Assembly: GCA_964604555.1 (NCBI GenBank) | Contig: CAZRZK010000001.1 | Coordinates: 205,991-269,990, forward strand | Source: an uncultured Pseudobdellovibrionaceae bacterium | GTDB taxonomy: Bacteria > Bdellovibrionota > FAC87 > UBA2466 | Direction of reading: 5' to 3' | Length of the DNA stretch: 64,000 nt | In this document: one piece after another, positions 38,691 through 47,901 of the stretch | How the letters are laid out: each line of letters starts with the position of its first letter | Numbering within the stretch: position 1 is the first letter of the stretch | The notes under the pieces: model-generated | Told to the model about the DNA's origin: nothing | The model's input: only the letters and a program-made list of their open reading frames with translations | Database searches by the model: none | Made by a program: the position numbers and the translations under genes

Positions 38691-39686
38691 TTAAGCGATC
38701 GAGAGACGGGGGCGGGGCATAGGGATCGAAAAAACCCCCTGCTTTTTGGCGGAGAGCTGGGTTTTTTTGTGGAAATGGGGATTTAAAACCAAACTGACGT
38801 GAGGAGCGGTCACAAAAAGTCGACGAGCGAGCTCCCATTTGGGGAGTTTTTTGAAAAGAGGTTCGCAACTGGCGATCACTTCGAAAAAAGGGTGGGCCTT
38901 TTTGAATTTTTTCGCCTCAAAAATCTTGGCCATCTCCGCCAACATCCAACTCGTGGAAAAGATTTGCCCAAAAATGAGGTCGGTTTTGGAGTGAAAATAG
39001 GTGCTGAGTCCTCGATTTTGGTGTCCAATCCATTCCAACATCATGAATGCATAGTTATGGTGACGAGATTCCTCTTCCATGTGCTTAAGATGGACTTGAT
39101 AATAGAGGGGATCGATTTCAGTCTTTGCGGGTTGGAGGTTTTTAAAGAATAAAATCGACACCTCCTCAACGGCAGCCACCACCCACCAAAAAGCATGTCC
39201 TCCCCACTGTGAATTGGCCCGGATGGAACTTAAAAAGAGGGATCCAAACACCTTAGGAAGGATAGGATCGAGTTGTTCCCGGTCCATCCCATTGGCAGAA
39301 CAAAAAAGTTCGATGTATTTCGAAAAGGCCCGGGAGTGTTTCTGTTCTTCCTCGAAGAAAAGCTCACCCAGTTGTGTAAACTCGGGGCCCACGGGTCGTT
39401 GGCGCAGGAGCGTTTCCCAGGCGGCATCCTTCAATTTATGGATCACATCCTCCATCTCTCCAATAGAGGAGTTGATGAGCAGTCCCAAGAGTTGGGAAAT
39501 GGCCAGTCGCTGTTCGGCACTTGCTCCGGGGAAGACAATCGCTTCATCATCTAAAGGAAGGAAGGGTTTATTGGGATCGACCCCTAAATGCCAGGGAACC
39601 CCTGTTTCCAGATCCCAGGCATACCTCTCTTGTCGTTTGACCTGTAACTCTAGCGCCTCGGGATCGAAAAGAGTTTTCGCGTACAT
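38691..39686 (-). CDS. Ferritin-like di-iron carboxylate oxygenase (AurF-like family)
   Basis: Two ExxH motifs (EEQKH, EEESRHH) with preceding carboxylates in predicted helices; 331 aa. Confidence 0.5.
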   Translation of the reverse strand: MYAKTLFDPEALELQVKRQERYAWDLETGVPWHLGVDPNKPFLPLDDEAIVFPGASAEQRLAISQLLGLLINSSIGEMEDVIHKLKDAAWETLLRQRPVGPEFTQLGELFFEEEQKHSRAFSKYIELFCSANGMDREQLDPILPKVFGSLFLSSIRANSQWGGHAFWWVVAAVEEVSILFFKNLQPAKTEIDPLYYQVHLKHMEEESRHHNYAFMMLEWIGHQNRGLSTYFHSKTDLIFGQIFSTSWMLAEMAKIFEAKKFKKAHPFFEVIASCEPLFKKLPKWELARRLFVTAPHVSLVLNPHFHKKTQLSAKKQGVFSIPMPRPRLSIA

Positions 39687-39727
39687 GGTGGACTATTTAA
39701 TTTATTATAACTATTATCGGCCCACTT

Positions 39728-40648
39728 ATGGAAAATCTCATTATTATCGGTTCTGGCCCGGCGGGTTATACAGCGGCAATTTATGCCGCCCGCGCAAACT
39801 TAAACCCTCTTCAGATTGAAGGCTACCAATCAGGGGGCCTTTTAATGTTAACAAGTGACGTGGAGAATTTCCCCGGTTTTCCGGAAGGGATCATGGGGCC
39901 CGAGCTCATGCAAAAATTCCGCAAACAGGCGGAACGTTTCGGGACCCGCCTTATTCAGAAGGATTGCACCGCCGTCGATTTTAAAGGAAAGACCTTTAAA
40001 GTAATGGTCGGGAAGGAAACCTACGAATCGAAAACGGTGATTATCTCTACCGGTGCTTCCACGAAATGGTTGGGACTGGAGTCGGAAAAGCGGCTTCTCG
40101 GAAAAGGGGTTTCCAGCTGTGCCACCTGTGACGGCGCCTTCTTCAAAGGCATGCCTTTAGTGGTAGCAGGTGGAGGAGATTCGGCCATGGAAGAGGCCAA
40201 TTTCTTGACCCGATTTGCTTCTAAAGTGACCCTTGTCCATCGAAGAGAGGTCTTTCGCGCCTCCAAGATCATGCTCGATCGGGCGAAAAATAACCCCAAG
40301 ATCGAGTTTGTGCTGAATAGCGAAATCGAGGAGATTTTGGGTGCCGACGGCGTCAAAGGGGTGCGGATCAAAAACACCCAAAATGGTGAAAAGCGAGAAA
40401 TTGCCTGCGATGGCGTCTTTGTGGCGATTGGACATGAGCCGAACACCGCCATCTTTAAGGGGCAAGTGGATCTCGACGAGAAGGGGTATATTCTCATGAA
40501 GAACCGCCCCACCACGGCGACCAGCGTGAAAGGGGTGTTTGCAGCCGGAGATGTTCAGGATATCATCTATAGACAGGCCATTACGGCTGCGGCCTCCGGT
40601 TGCCAATCGGCCATCGATGCCGAACGGTATTTAGAGACGTTACACTAA
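39728..40648 (+). CDS. trxB: Thioredoxin reductase
   Basis: [13 protein letters not shown] motif, redox-active [21 protein letters not shown] motif; 306 aa. Confidence 0.9.
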   Translation: MENLIIIGSGPAGYTAAIYAARANLNPLQIEGYQSGGLLMLTSDVENFPGFPEGIMGPELMQKFRKQAERFGTRLIQKDCTAVDFKGKTFKVMVGKETYESKTVIISTGASTKWLGLESEKRLLGKGVSSCATCDGAFFKGMPLVVAGGGDSAMEEANFLTRFASKVTLVHRREVFRASKIMLDRAKNNPKIEFVLNSEIEEILGADGVKGVRIKNTQNGEKREIACDGVFVAIGHEPNTAIFKGQVDLDEKGYILMKNRPTTATSVKGVFAAGDVQDIIYRQAITAAASGCQSAIDAERYLETLH

Positions 40649-40665
40649 AATCAAAAGGAGCTCAT

Positions 40666-42576
40666 ATGCCCTCCCTCATCTGGACGCTCTGCTTTTTGGC
40701 GGGTATTGGATTTTTCTCTTGGCAACTCTGGCAGCGGTTTGGGGTGCTTCTAAAGTTACGTCGAGATGACGGGCGTGACTACAGTCAAAAAACCTTTGGG
40801 AAGCGGATCAGCAACACAATTATATACGCCTTCGGGCAGTGGAAGTTCTTCCGCGACGATCAACCAGCTGGCGTAATGCATATCGTGATCTTCTGGGGAT
40901 TCATGACCCTCTCCCTCCAAGTCATCACCATGTTTGCTCGGGGGTGGTTTCCCGAATTCCACATTCCTATCCCAGGATACCATTACATGCGCGATGCTTT
41001 TGAAGTTGGCGTTTTGGTCGCTGTTTCGGTAGCGCTGTTCCGATGGCTTGTGTTGAAGCCGACCCGCCTTTTTGGATTTCTTCCGGCGGAGAAAAGATTG
41101 CGCTCTCAATCACACGGTGAAGCGATCCTCATCCTTTGCTTTATCGCCACCATTATGATCTCAGGACTTTTATATGATTATGCCTCCCCCGAGATCGCAA
41201 GTGCGGCTTGGTGGGTACATAACTTGGTTATTTTAGTTTTCTTGAACCTTTTACCGCGTTCGAAGCACTTTCACATCATTACCGCCGTTGCAAATGTCTT
41301 CTTAGGGAAGGTGGAGCCCAAAGGGCAGCTCGCCAAGAAAGACTTTACGAGCGACAATCCTCTTTTTGGACGTTCCACCGTCAATCAATTTACCTGGAAG
41401 CAAGCGCTCGACATGTACAGCTGCACCGAATGCGGCCGTTGTTCGAGCATGTGCCCTGCGACAGCTACCGGGAAGCCACTCGCTCCCCGCCAATTTTTAT
41501 TGGATCTCCGGGATGCAGTATATGGTGCACAACCCCAACTTTTAAAAGCAGCCGCGGGTGCTGAAGGGTTTGAAACGATAGTAGGGGAAGGAAAAGCGGT
41601 CATCGATGAGGTGATTTGGTCCTGTGTGCAATGCCGTGCCTGTGAAGAGGCCTGTCCGGTCAATATTGAATACGTCGATAAAATTGTCGATATTCGGCAG
41701 CACTTGGTGCAAGAGGCCTCCCGCTTCCCCGCTGAGTTGAATCGCGCCTTTAAAGGAATGGAGACCCAATCGAACCCTTGGGGCATCAGCAGCGCCGAGA
41801 GAGAGGCCTGGTCGGAAGGATTAAGTGTCCCGAGACTTTCGGAGAAACCCAATCCTGAATACCTTTATTATGTCGGGTGTGGAGGCTCCTTCGATGCCAA
41901 CAGCAAAAAATCTTCTCAATCCTTTATTAAGATCTTAAACGCTGCCAAAGTCGATTTTGCCATCTTGGGAAATTCGGAACTTTGCAACGGCGATTCTGCC
42001 CGGCGATTGGGGAATGAATACCTTTATCAGTCGATGGCAGAGGCTTTAGTGAATACCCTCAACAGCAACGGGATCAAAAAAATATTGGTCAATTGCCCCC
42101 ATTGTTTCAACACCATCAGCAAGGAATATCCGCAATTTGGTGGCCATTATCAAGTCATAGCGGCAGCAGAGTTCGTGAATCAACTGGTCAAAGAGGGGAA
42201 AATCAAGCCGACCAAGAACCTGGATAAAAACATCGTCTATCACGACTCTTGTTACTACGGGCGCTTCAGCGATCTCTATAGCGAGCCACGTGATGTGTTG
42301 AAATCGATTCCAGGCGTGCAGCTTTCCGAGATGGAACGTTCGAAAGACAAGAGCATGTGCTGCGGAGCCGGTGGCGGAAGAGTCTGGATGGAAGAACCGG
42401 CCGACCAACGGGTGAATGTGCTCCGAACCGAACAGGCTCTGGAGAAAAAACCGGATGTCATCGCAACTTCATGCCCCTTCTGCAAAATCATGATCGGCAG
42501 CGGAGTGAATGAAAAAGGCCTAGCCGAAAAAGTGGGCGTGATGGACGTCATGGAAATCGTCGCCAATCAACTTTAA
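40666..42576 (+). CDS. Membrane-anchored iron-sulfur oxidoreductase with two 4Fe-4S ferredoxin motifs and two CCG domains (HdrD/GlpC/LutA-like)
   Basis: Start ATG 40666 with AAAAGGAG RBS (ORF-track start 40600 overlaps trxB); N-terminal 5-6 TM helices; CTECGRCSSMCP and CVQCRACEEACP clusters; CCG-type Cys motifs (CGGSF..., CCGAGGG). Confidence 0.75.
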   Translation: MPSLIWTLCFLAGIGFFSWQLWQRFGVLLKLRRDDGRDYSQKTFGKRISNTIIYAFGQWKFFRDDQPAGVMHIVIFWGFMTLSLQVITMFARGWFPEFHIPIPGYHYMRDAFEVGVLVAVSVALFRWLVLKPTRLFGFLPAEKRLRSQSHGEAILILCFIATIMISGLLYDYASPEIASAAWWVHNLVILVFLNLLPRSKHFHIITAVANVFLGKVEPKGQLAKKDFTSDNPLFGRSTVNQFTWKQALDMYSCTECGRCSSMCPATATGKPLAPRQFLLDLRDAVYGAQPQLLKAAAGAEGFETIVGEGKAVIDEVIWSCVQCRACEEACPVNIEYVDKIVDIRQHLVQEASRFPAELNRAFKGMETQSNPWGISSAEREAWSEGLSVPRLSEKPNPEYLYYVGCGGSFDANSKKSSQSFIKILNAAKVDFAILGNSELCNGDSARRLGNEYLYQSMAEALVNTLNSNGIKKILVNCPHCFNTISKEYPQFGGHYQVIAAAEFVNQLVKEGKIKPTKNLDKNIVYHDSCYYGRFSDLYSEPRDVLKSIPGVQLSEMERSKDKSMCCGAGGGRVWMEEPADQRVNVLRTEQALEKKPDVIATSCPFCKIMIGSGVNEKGLAEKVGVMDVMEIVANQL

Positions 42577-43020
42577 GGAGATTGCTTCGTCGCCGGAGCC
42601 TGCCGTGAGCGCAGCGTGGCGGTCTCCTCGCAATGACAAATGAGCTGTCATTGCGAGGCCCACCCCTCTTTCGTTGCCATTGTTGTTGACATGTTTTCGG
42701 AAATGAATTTGAGCCTCCCTGTACGATCGAATCCCCAACAGATAAGATTCGAGTAACCCCCTTTTTTTTAAAAAGGGAATATCTGGTCCTCGAAATCCTT
42801 CTTTATCCAACATTTCATTGTATAGAAACCGCGAATGGGGTTTCGGTTCATAGCCAAATTCAGGTGAGTAATTGGCTTCGATTCGAGTATTGAAAGCCGG
42901 CCTATCTTCGGGAAGCTGTGACAATGCAGTAATGAAGCGAAAAGGAATGTGTAAAATCGCTTCAGCAAATAATATTCCTGAAAACAGTCCCAGGACAATT
43001 AGTAAAAGTTTTCTTTTCAT
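42520..43020 (-). CDS. Small secreted hypothetical protein; 3' end of the ORF reads through the REP-like element and into the convergent gene, so true C-terminus is uncertain
   Basis: Signal peptide MKRKLLLIVLGLFSGILFAEA; last about 45 codons are encoded by the repeat (…HLSLRGDRHAALTAGSGDEAISL…). Confidence 0.4.
   Translation of the reverse strand: MKRKLLLIVLGLFSGILFAEAILHIPFRFITALSQLPEDRPAFNTRIEANYSPEFGYEPKPHSRFLYNEMLDKEGFRGPDIPFLKKRGLLESYLLGIRSYREAQIHFRKHVNNNGNERGVGLAMTAHLSLRGDRHAALTAGSGDEAISLKLIGDDFHDVHHAHFFG
42577..42662. repeat. REP-like palindromic element copy
   Basis: ggagattgcttcgtcgcc...tctcctcgcaatgaca...gtcattgcgaggcc immediately after the membrane-anchored Fe-S oxidoreductase gene stop. 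Confidence 0.7.
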
Positions 43021-43050
43021 TGTCCTGGGAAAGTGGTCAGGATTCTTGAA

Positions 43051-43317
43051 TTAGTCTAAATAACAAGTCGTGACCTGACAACTGCTGGAACAGTAGCTAT
43101 GGGCTAAACATTTATTCTTAGCACGATCGATGGCCCACGATTTGCTGGTCGATGAGCCCACAAAACGATAGCCATGTTTATCTTTCGCGATACAGACCCA
43201 TTCTGAGCAATGCGTGTAAGAGCATTTGCTGTAGGGCTCTTTCAGATTTACTGTCAGATTCTCTGCCATCGAACAGGTGACTGCCAATAATAAGAATAGA
43301 TAGATTTTAGTTTTCAT
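43051..43317 (-). CDS. Small secreted cysteine-rich protein (8 Cys in 66 aa mature part)
   Basis: Signal peptide MKTKIYLFLLLAVTCSMA; Cys spacing suggests 4 disulfides; no homolog recognised. Confidence 0.5.
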   Translation of the reverse strand: MKTKIYLFLLLAVTCSMAENLTVNLKEPYSKCSYTHCSEWVCIAKDKHGYRFVGSSTSKSWAIDRAKNKCLAHSYCSSSCQVTTCYLD

Positions 43318-43443
43318 TTTTTCCTCCGTTAGGAGGCCTGATTACAGAAAATTAATTTTAAGATCAAAAGGTATTTTTGTTTTTTGAAAAATATTGTTTC
43401 TAAAAATCTGAAACATTCCGTAGAAGAGGACGGTCATATTTCT

Positions 43444-43751
43444 GTCATTGCGAGGAGCTTGAAGGGCGACGTGGCAATCGTGCTCTGTTGAAATCATCGT
43501 CTTTTATCCAATTTTGTCGGGTTTGGACTCGCCTACCGGCTGACGTAGAAACTCAGATAATCTGCGAGGCTAATGGTTCTGAAGCTTCGAGAGGTCTTTG
43601 TTCCTTGCGCTTTGGAGCTCTTTAACTTTCGTGCTGGAGAAGTTTAGTAAAGTGGCGAAGAAGTCAAGCCAGCCCGATACCCGACAAAATTGGATAAAAG
43701 ACGATGATTTCAACAGAGCATGGCAATCGCGTCGCCCAACGTCATTGCGAG
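43444..43751. repeat. Composite inverted-repeat structure: two about 75 bp arms (41 bp exact core), each carrying a GTCATTGCGAG repeat core, flanking about 155 bp
   Basis: gtcattgcgaggagcttgaagggcgacgtggcaatcgtgctctgttgaaatcatcgtcttttatccaattttgtcggg at 43444..43521 versus cccgacaaaattggataaaagacgatgatttcaacagagca...gtcattgcgag at 43679..43751. Confidence 0.6.
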
Positions 43752-43789
43752 ACCCCATAGGGGTCGAAGCAATCTCCTGGTTTGTATAT

Positions 43790-44491
43790 TTATTTCCTTT
43801 TAATACAAAGAACGCCTGAAAGAACTTCCGGCTCCTGCTTTATTTCTTTATCCGAAAGGAGGTCAAAGACAGCCTTGTCTTCACGCAACCAAACTTGAAA
43901 ATGACGAGGGGTGAGCCCCCCGGCTTCTTTAAAAGACAACTTTAATTTTTCCAACGAAGGACGAATATCCTCTTTCTGAGGGATCACCCACTTCACATCG
44001 TTACAGGCAGCCTCACCTGCTTTTTGCGATTTAAGTTCGGGAAGTAATAGCCAACTGACGACGCCATCTCGAGTTATTGTCGGATTTTTCTTTTCAGTTC
44101 TTTTCAAAGGGAGGCTGTTTTTTTTCATCAAGCTTAAATAGGGGGCCATGATCTCTTCTTGCACCTCTAATTCCATATCAAAGAAGGTTCCCCACTTGGT
44201 TTTTTCCAATTGGATGGCCGCCTCATTCTTTTCGGCCTTTGAAGAAACCGACGTTTGGGTGATGAGTTTCTCTAATGCAACCACCTCATCCAAGGTCCAA
44301 GTACTTTTCTTCTGTTCTACCTCTCTGCAGATCTGAGAAAGGGTTTCATAGGCCTTCCCGAGATATCGATTGGCAATCCAATCTCCACCCGATTCATTTC
44401 CGGCCATCAAAGTTGAATGGACTAAGCAGAGGCTAAATATCAACTGGGAATAACTGCATCGAAAGTGCATAAACTCTCCTCTTTTTTCCAC
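43790..44491 (-). CDS. Hypothetical protein (possible signal peptide); start uncertain because of overlap with upstream gene
   Basis: 233 aa ORF; N-terminus hydrophobic LIFSLCLVHSTLMAG. Confidence 0.4.
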   Translation of the reverse strand: MEKRGEFMHFRCSYSQLIFSLCLVHSTLMAGNESGGDWIANRYLGKAYETLSQICREVEQKKSTWTLDEVVALEKLITQTSVSSKAEKNEAAIQLEKTKWGTFFDMELEVQEEIMAPYLSLMKKNSLPLKRTEKKNPTITRDGVVSWLLLPELKSQKAGEAACNDVKWVIPQKEDIRPSLEKLKLSFKEAGGLTPRHFQVWLREDKAVFDLLSDKEIKQEPEVLSGVLCIKRK

Positions 44492-45197
44492 GTTCCAACT
44501 GTTCGCAAACGGTTCGGCGAAATGATTTCATGCTTTGGCGGGCATCCTCCAGTTTTGTCGGGTCGGCCGCCATCACCACGGTGTAATATGCCAAATCTTC
44601 CGGCAGGTTCTTATCCAAAGCCTCTTCTGCCTTTTTCAAATATTCCTGGGTATGGTTTCGGATCGCCGGATCGGCCAAGGTATCTTGAGTGGCCAGGGGC
44701 GGTGCGATCTGCCGATATTTTCCGTCATTTTCTTCGATCAATTTCAGACGCTTCATGCGTTCTAATGCTTCTTCCGCTTCCCGTTTTAAAATGCCTAGCT
44801 TTTTTGCAATCCATTCCGGATCGGAGTTGGAGTTCGGCAGCTCTGAGAGGCTCAGCATAGCGTAGTGATACCACTGCGAGATCAGTTGGAAGGTGTCGAG
44901 TTCCAACACCTGATAAATATCTTCCGCCGTTGCCGCCTTCTTTGCATTGACCGCTTTTAAAAGTTCAGCGCGATCTTTAGGGGAGAGATTCAGCCTCAAG
45001 GCGATCTGTTTGGCCATTTTTCGGGTCAGACGTCGTTTTCCAGAGAGCACTCCTGATAAGGTCGCTGGACTTATCCCTAATTTTCCGGCAAAGGCCCGCA
45101 TCGAAAGGGCAGGGTTTTTCTTTTGACGACTTTGGAACTCCCCCTGAAGCCATCGCCGATGGTTTCGAAAGGATTGTTCCGTGATGAGAGTTTCCAT
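44433..45197 (-). CDS. HTH-containing putative transcriptional regulator of unknown family
   Basis: N-terminal HTH-like LSMRAFAGKLGISPATLSGVLSGKRRLT; 254 aa; divergent from gene 45385. Confidence 0.5.
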   Translation of the reverse strand: METLITEQSFRNHRRWLQGEFQSRQKKNPALSMRAFAGKLGISPATLSGVLSGKRRLTRKMAKQIALRLNLSPKDRAELLKAVNAKKAATAEDIYQVLELDTFQLISQWYHYAMLSLSELPNSNSDPEWIAKKLGILKREAEEALERMKRLKLIEENDGKYRQIAPPLATQDTLADPAIRNHTQEYLKKAEEALDKNLPEDLAYYTVVMAADPTKLEDARQSMKSFRRTVCEQLERGKKRRVYALSMQLFPVDI

Positions 45198-45384
45198 TTC
45201 CTAGCTTTTAAACAAAAATTACGCGCATGTCCAAGTAAATGAAATAAACCGTTTCAAAAAAAATGAAACAACTTTCACTATTAATTTTGAGTAGTTAACT
45301 AAATTACTCTAGCCAACAACCAGGTAAATGAAATTTGACTCAAGGCGATAATACTGCGATACACCGCTCAACATTGGAGAACGC

Positions 45385-47901
45385 ATGTTTCAGATTCTTT
45401 TTTTGATGGCTTTGTCTCTCGGAGCAGAGGAAAACCAACTCAATCAAAAGGTGACCACGCTTTTTAATAGTAAATGCCAAAAGTGCCATAACGCGGAATT
45501 GGCTGAAGGGGATCTCGATCTGACTCAGCTGAAAATGACCGCTGCCCAGAAATTGGAACTCCCCAAGCGCATCGCCCCCGGTGGCGGAATGCCTAAAGGT
45601 GGCGCTCCACTCTCCAAGGAGGAGATTGCACTGGTGGCTGAATGGTTACGGACCACCGATGTGAAACCACCGGTCGTGAAAAGAAAACTAGAACTGAAAG
45701 ATGATATTGATCCTGAGGATCATAAACAGGTATTGGAGCTCCAGATTTTAAGAGTGATCCTGAATGACTTGACCCGTCTCTCTGAAGCGGAAGCGTTGAA
45801 TGCCCGCTATCTCACACTGACCCATTTATGGGTAGCAGGAGAGTCTGAACAGAAAATGGAAGTGTATCGACAAGGCTTAACTAAACTTTTAAACAGCCTT
45901 TCGTGGAAGTCGGGGTTGCATCACCCCGTAGCAATAGATAAGCACAAAACGATTTTGCGCTTTAGCCAGGCTGCTTTGGGCTGGAAGGATTTGCACTGGA
46001 ATCTATTAGCAGCTACCGATCCTTATTTTCGTAAATTGAATGAACCAATCTACAACCTGCTCAGCAAATTTAATCCGGAGGTTCCCGTTCCCTATGTTCG
46101 CGGTGATTCATTTGCCCAAAGGGTAAGCCGTTCTCCTTTTTATGAAGATATTTTGGAGCTTCCCAAAACGGCGAAACAATTGGCCGGTTTTTTTGAGAGT
46201 CCTTTCGAAAAAAATATCCAAGAAGGAAAAGTGGCCCGAGCCGGGTTTCGGAAATCGAATGTTTCAGGTTTCAACCGTCTTATCGAACGCCATGAATTAG
46301 ATACAAAGTTATATAGAACTGTTGGGGGAGGGTATTACTGGAGAAGTTACGATTTCGACGGCAATTCCGGGGATAAGGATCTCTTTAAAAACCCTTTTAC
46401 CGCAGTCGATAAATCCACCAAGAAATTTAATCATGGCGGTGGGGAAGTGATTTTCAGTCTACCCAATGGTATGCAAGCCTATTGGTTGGAAAAGGCCGAT
46501 GGCACTCGTCTTGATATTGCCCCTACCGAAATTGTTTCTGATACCAGTCGTCGTGATACCCGCATCTTCAATGGGATTAGCTGCATGGGCTGCCATGTCG
46601 GAGGACTTCACATTAAATTCGATTCGATCCGTGAACATGCAGAACGGACCCCTGCCGCCTTTAAAGCGGACGATCTCGCACTCATAAAAAAGACCTATAA
46701 GGACCAGACTGAAATGGCCGCCATTTTTAAGAAGGATATCGAACGGTATCAAGCGGCGCTCGGAAAGATCGGGGTCAAAGAGGAGGGGAAACTCGATCCC
46801 ATTCGAACTCTGGTCGATCGATTTGAAGCTCCGGTCGATTTAGAAAATGCCGCGGCAGAACTTGGGATATCGATCGAGCAATTGAAGGCCGAGGCGAAAC
46901 GCAATGTGGAGGTCAGTGAAGCGTTGAGTGAACTTGAGAATGGCGGTTTGCCTCGGGATACATTTATCAAATTCTTTGTTAGCTTCATCCTTTCCGGTGA
47001 TGGAAAAGATAAATTCGGCGCCTTAAAGATCCACAAGCATCCAGAATTTGATCCCCATTTTGAATTTGTAGAAATTCCAGCTGGAAAGTTTCTGATGGGA
47101 AGTCCTAAGACGGAAAAGGGGAGAGATTCTGATCCTGTGGAAAAGCAAAGAGAGGTCACCATTTCCGAGCCATTTGAAATGCAAACGACGCACGTTACTC
47201 AGTCGTTATATGAAAAGGTAAATGGCAGGAATCCTTCTCTTCGCGTAGCAAGAATTAAGCCAGTTGAAAACGTGTCATGGCTTCAAGCCAATCAATTCGC
47301 CCTCGATCTTACTCTACTTCGAAACGACGGCTACACCTATCGCCTACCGACCGATGCAGAATGGGAATATGCTGCGCGTGCCGGAACTCAAACCGCCTAT
47401 TATTTTGGAGACGATCCGGGCAAAGATAATGAGATATTAAAACAGCATGCTTGGTTTGATAAGAAGGAAACGACTTCTGTGGCTTCTCTTAAACCGAATC
47501 CTTGGGGACTCTACGATATGTATGGAAATGCGTTTCAATGGGTAGAAGATATGTTTTCAGAAGATTATCTCAATAATCGAATTCTTCGAGGGGGAGGATT
47601 CCATCATTCACTTTCCGACAGATTACGTTCGGCATCAAAAACTCACTTTAATCGGGATTATGGAGACACTACTACCGGTTTTAGATTAGTGCGAGTAAAG
47701 AAAAAGAAAGCCGAGACTCCTGCCACAAAACCGGCAGTCGTCACCCCGAAGCTCATCGATCCGATGCCATATATTCCACCCCAGCCTTCGCAACCAGTGC
47801 GCACCTCAAACCCTGTAACGCCACTTCCGGCTAACGCAACCATTCAAGAGCGAATCAAATGGTGGGAACAGAACTACCCGCACCTCGTTCCTAAGAAGTA
47901 A
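45385..47901 (+). CDS. Secreted multidomain protein: PSCyt1-like c-type cytochrome domain (CQKCH) + central domain with second CxxCH (CMGCH) + C-terminal formylglycine-generating-enzyme (FGE-sulfatase/SUMF1-like) domain + Pro-rich tail
   Basis: Signal peptide; N-term ...CQKCHNAELAEGDLDL...GGGMPKGG...LVAEWL; C-term ...FVEIPAGKFLMGSP...NVSWLQANQFALDL...YRLPTDAEWEYAARAG...NPWGLYDMYGNAFQWVED...ILRGGGF...GFRLVR. Confidence 0.7.
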   Translation: MFQILFLMALSLGAEENQLNQKVTTLFNSKCQKCHNAELAEGDLDLTQLKMTAAQKLELPKRIAPGGGMPKGGAPLSKEEIALVAEWLRTTDVKPPVVKRKLELKDDIDPEDHKQVLELQILRVILNDLTRLSEAEALNARYLTLTHLWVAGESEQKMEVYRQGLTKLLNSLSWKSGLHHPVAIDKHKTILRFSQAALGWKDLHWNLLAATDPYFRKLNEPIYNLLSKFNPEVPVPYVRGDSFAQRVSRSPFYEDILELPKTAKQLAGFFESPFEKNIQEGKVARAGFRKSNVSGFNRLIERHELDTKLYRTVGGGYYWRSYDFDGNSGDKDLFKNPFTAVDKSTKKFNHGGGEVIFSLPNGMQAYWLEKADGTRLDIAPTEIVSDTSRRDTRIFNGISCMGCHVGGLHIKFDSIREHAERTPAAFKADDLALIKKTYKDQTEMAAIFKKDIERYQAALGKIGVKEEGKLDPIRTLVDRFEAPVDLENAAAELGISIEQLKAEAKRNVEVSEALSELENGGLPRDTFIKFFVSFILSGDGKDKFGALKIHKHPEFDPHFEFVEIPAGKFLMGSPKTEKGRDSDPVEKQREVTISEPFEMQTTHVTQSLYEKVNGRNPSLRVARIKPVENVSWLQANQFALDLTLLRNDGYTYRLPTDAEWEYAARAGTQTAYYFGDDPGKDNEILKQHAWFDKKETTSVASLKPNPWGLYDMYGNAFQWVEDMFSEDYLNNRILRGGGFHHSLSDRLRSASKTHFNRDYGDTTTGFRLVRVKKKKAETPATKPAVVTPKLIDPMPYIPPQPSQPVRTSNPVTPLPANATIQERIKWWEQNYPHLVPKK

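Noticed and set aside
40600-40665. Upstream start of the membrane-anchored Fe-S oxidoreductase gene, overlapping trxB by 49 nt
   Set aside because: The internal ATG at 40666 has a good RBS and begins directly with the first TM helix. The extension has no support.
41385-41852. 155 aa minus-strand ORF
   Set aside because: It is antisense to the CCG-domain Fe-S protein gene.
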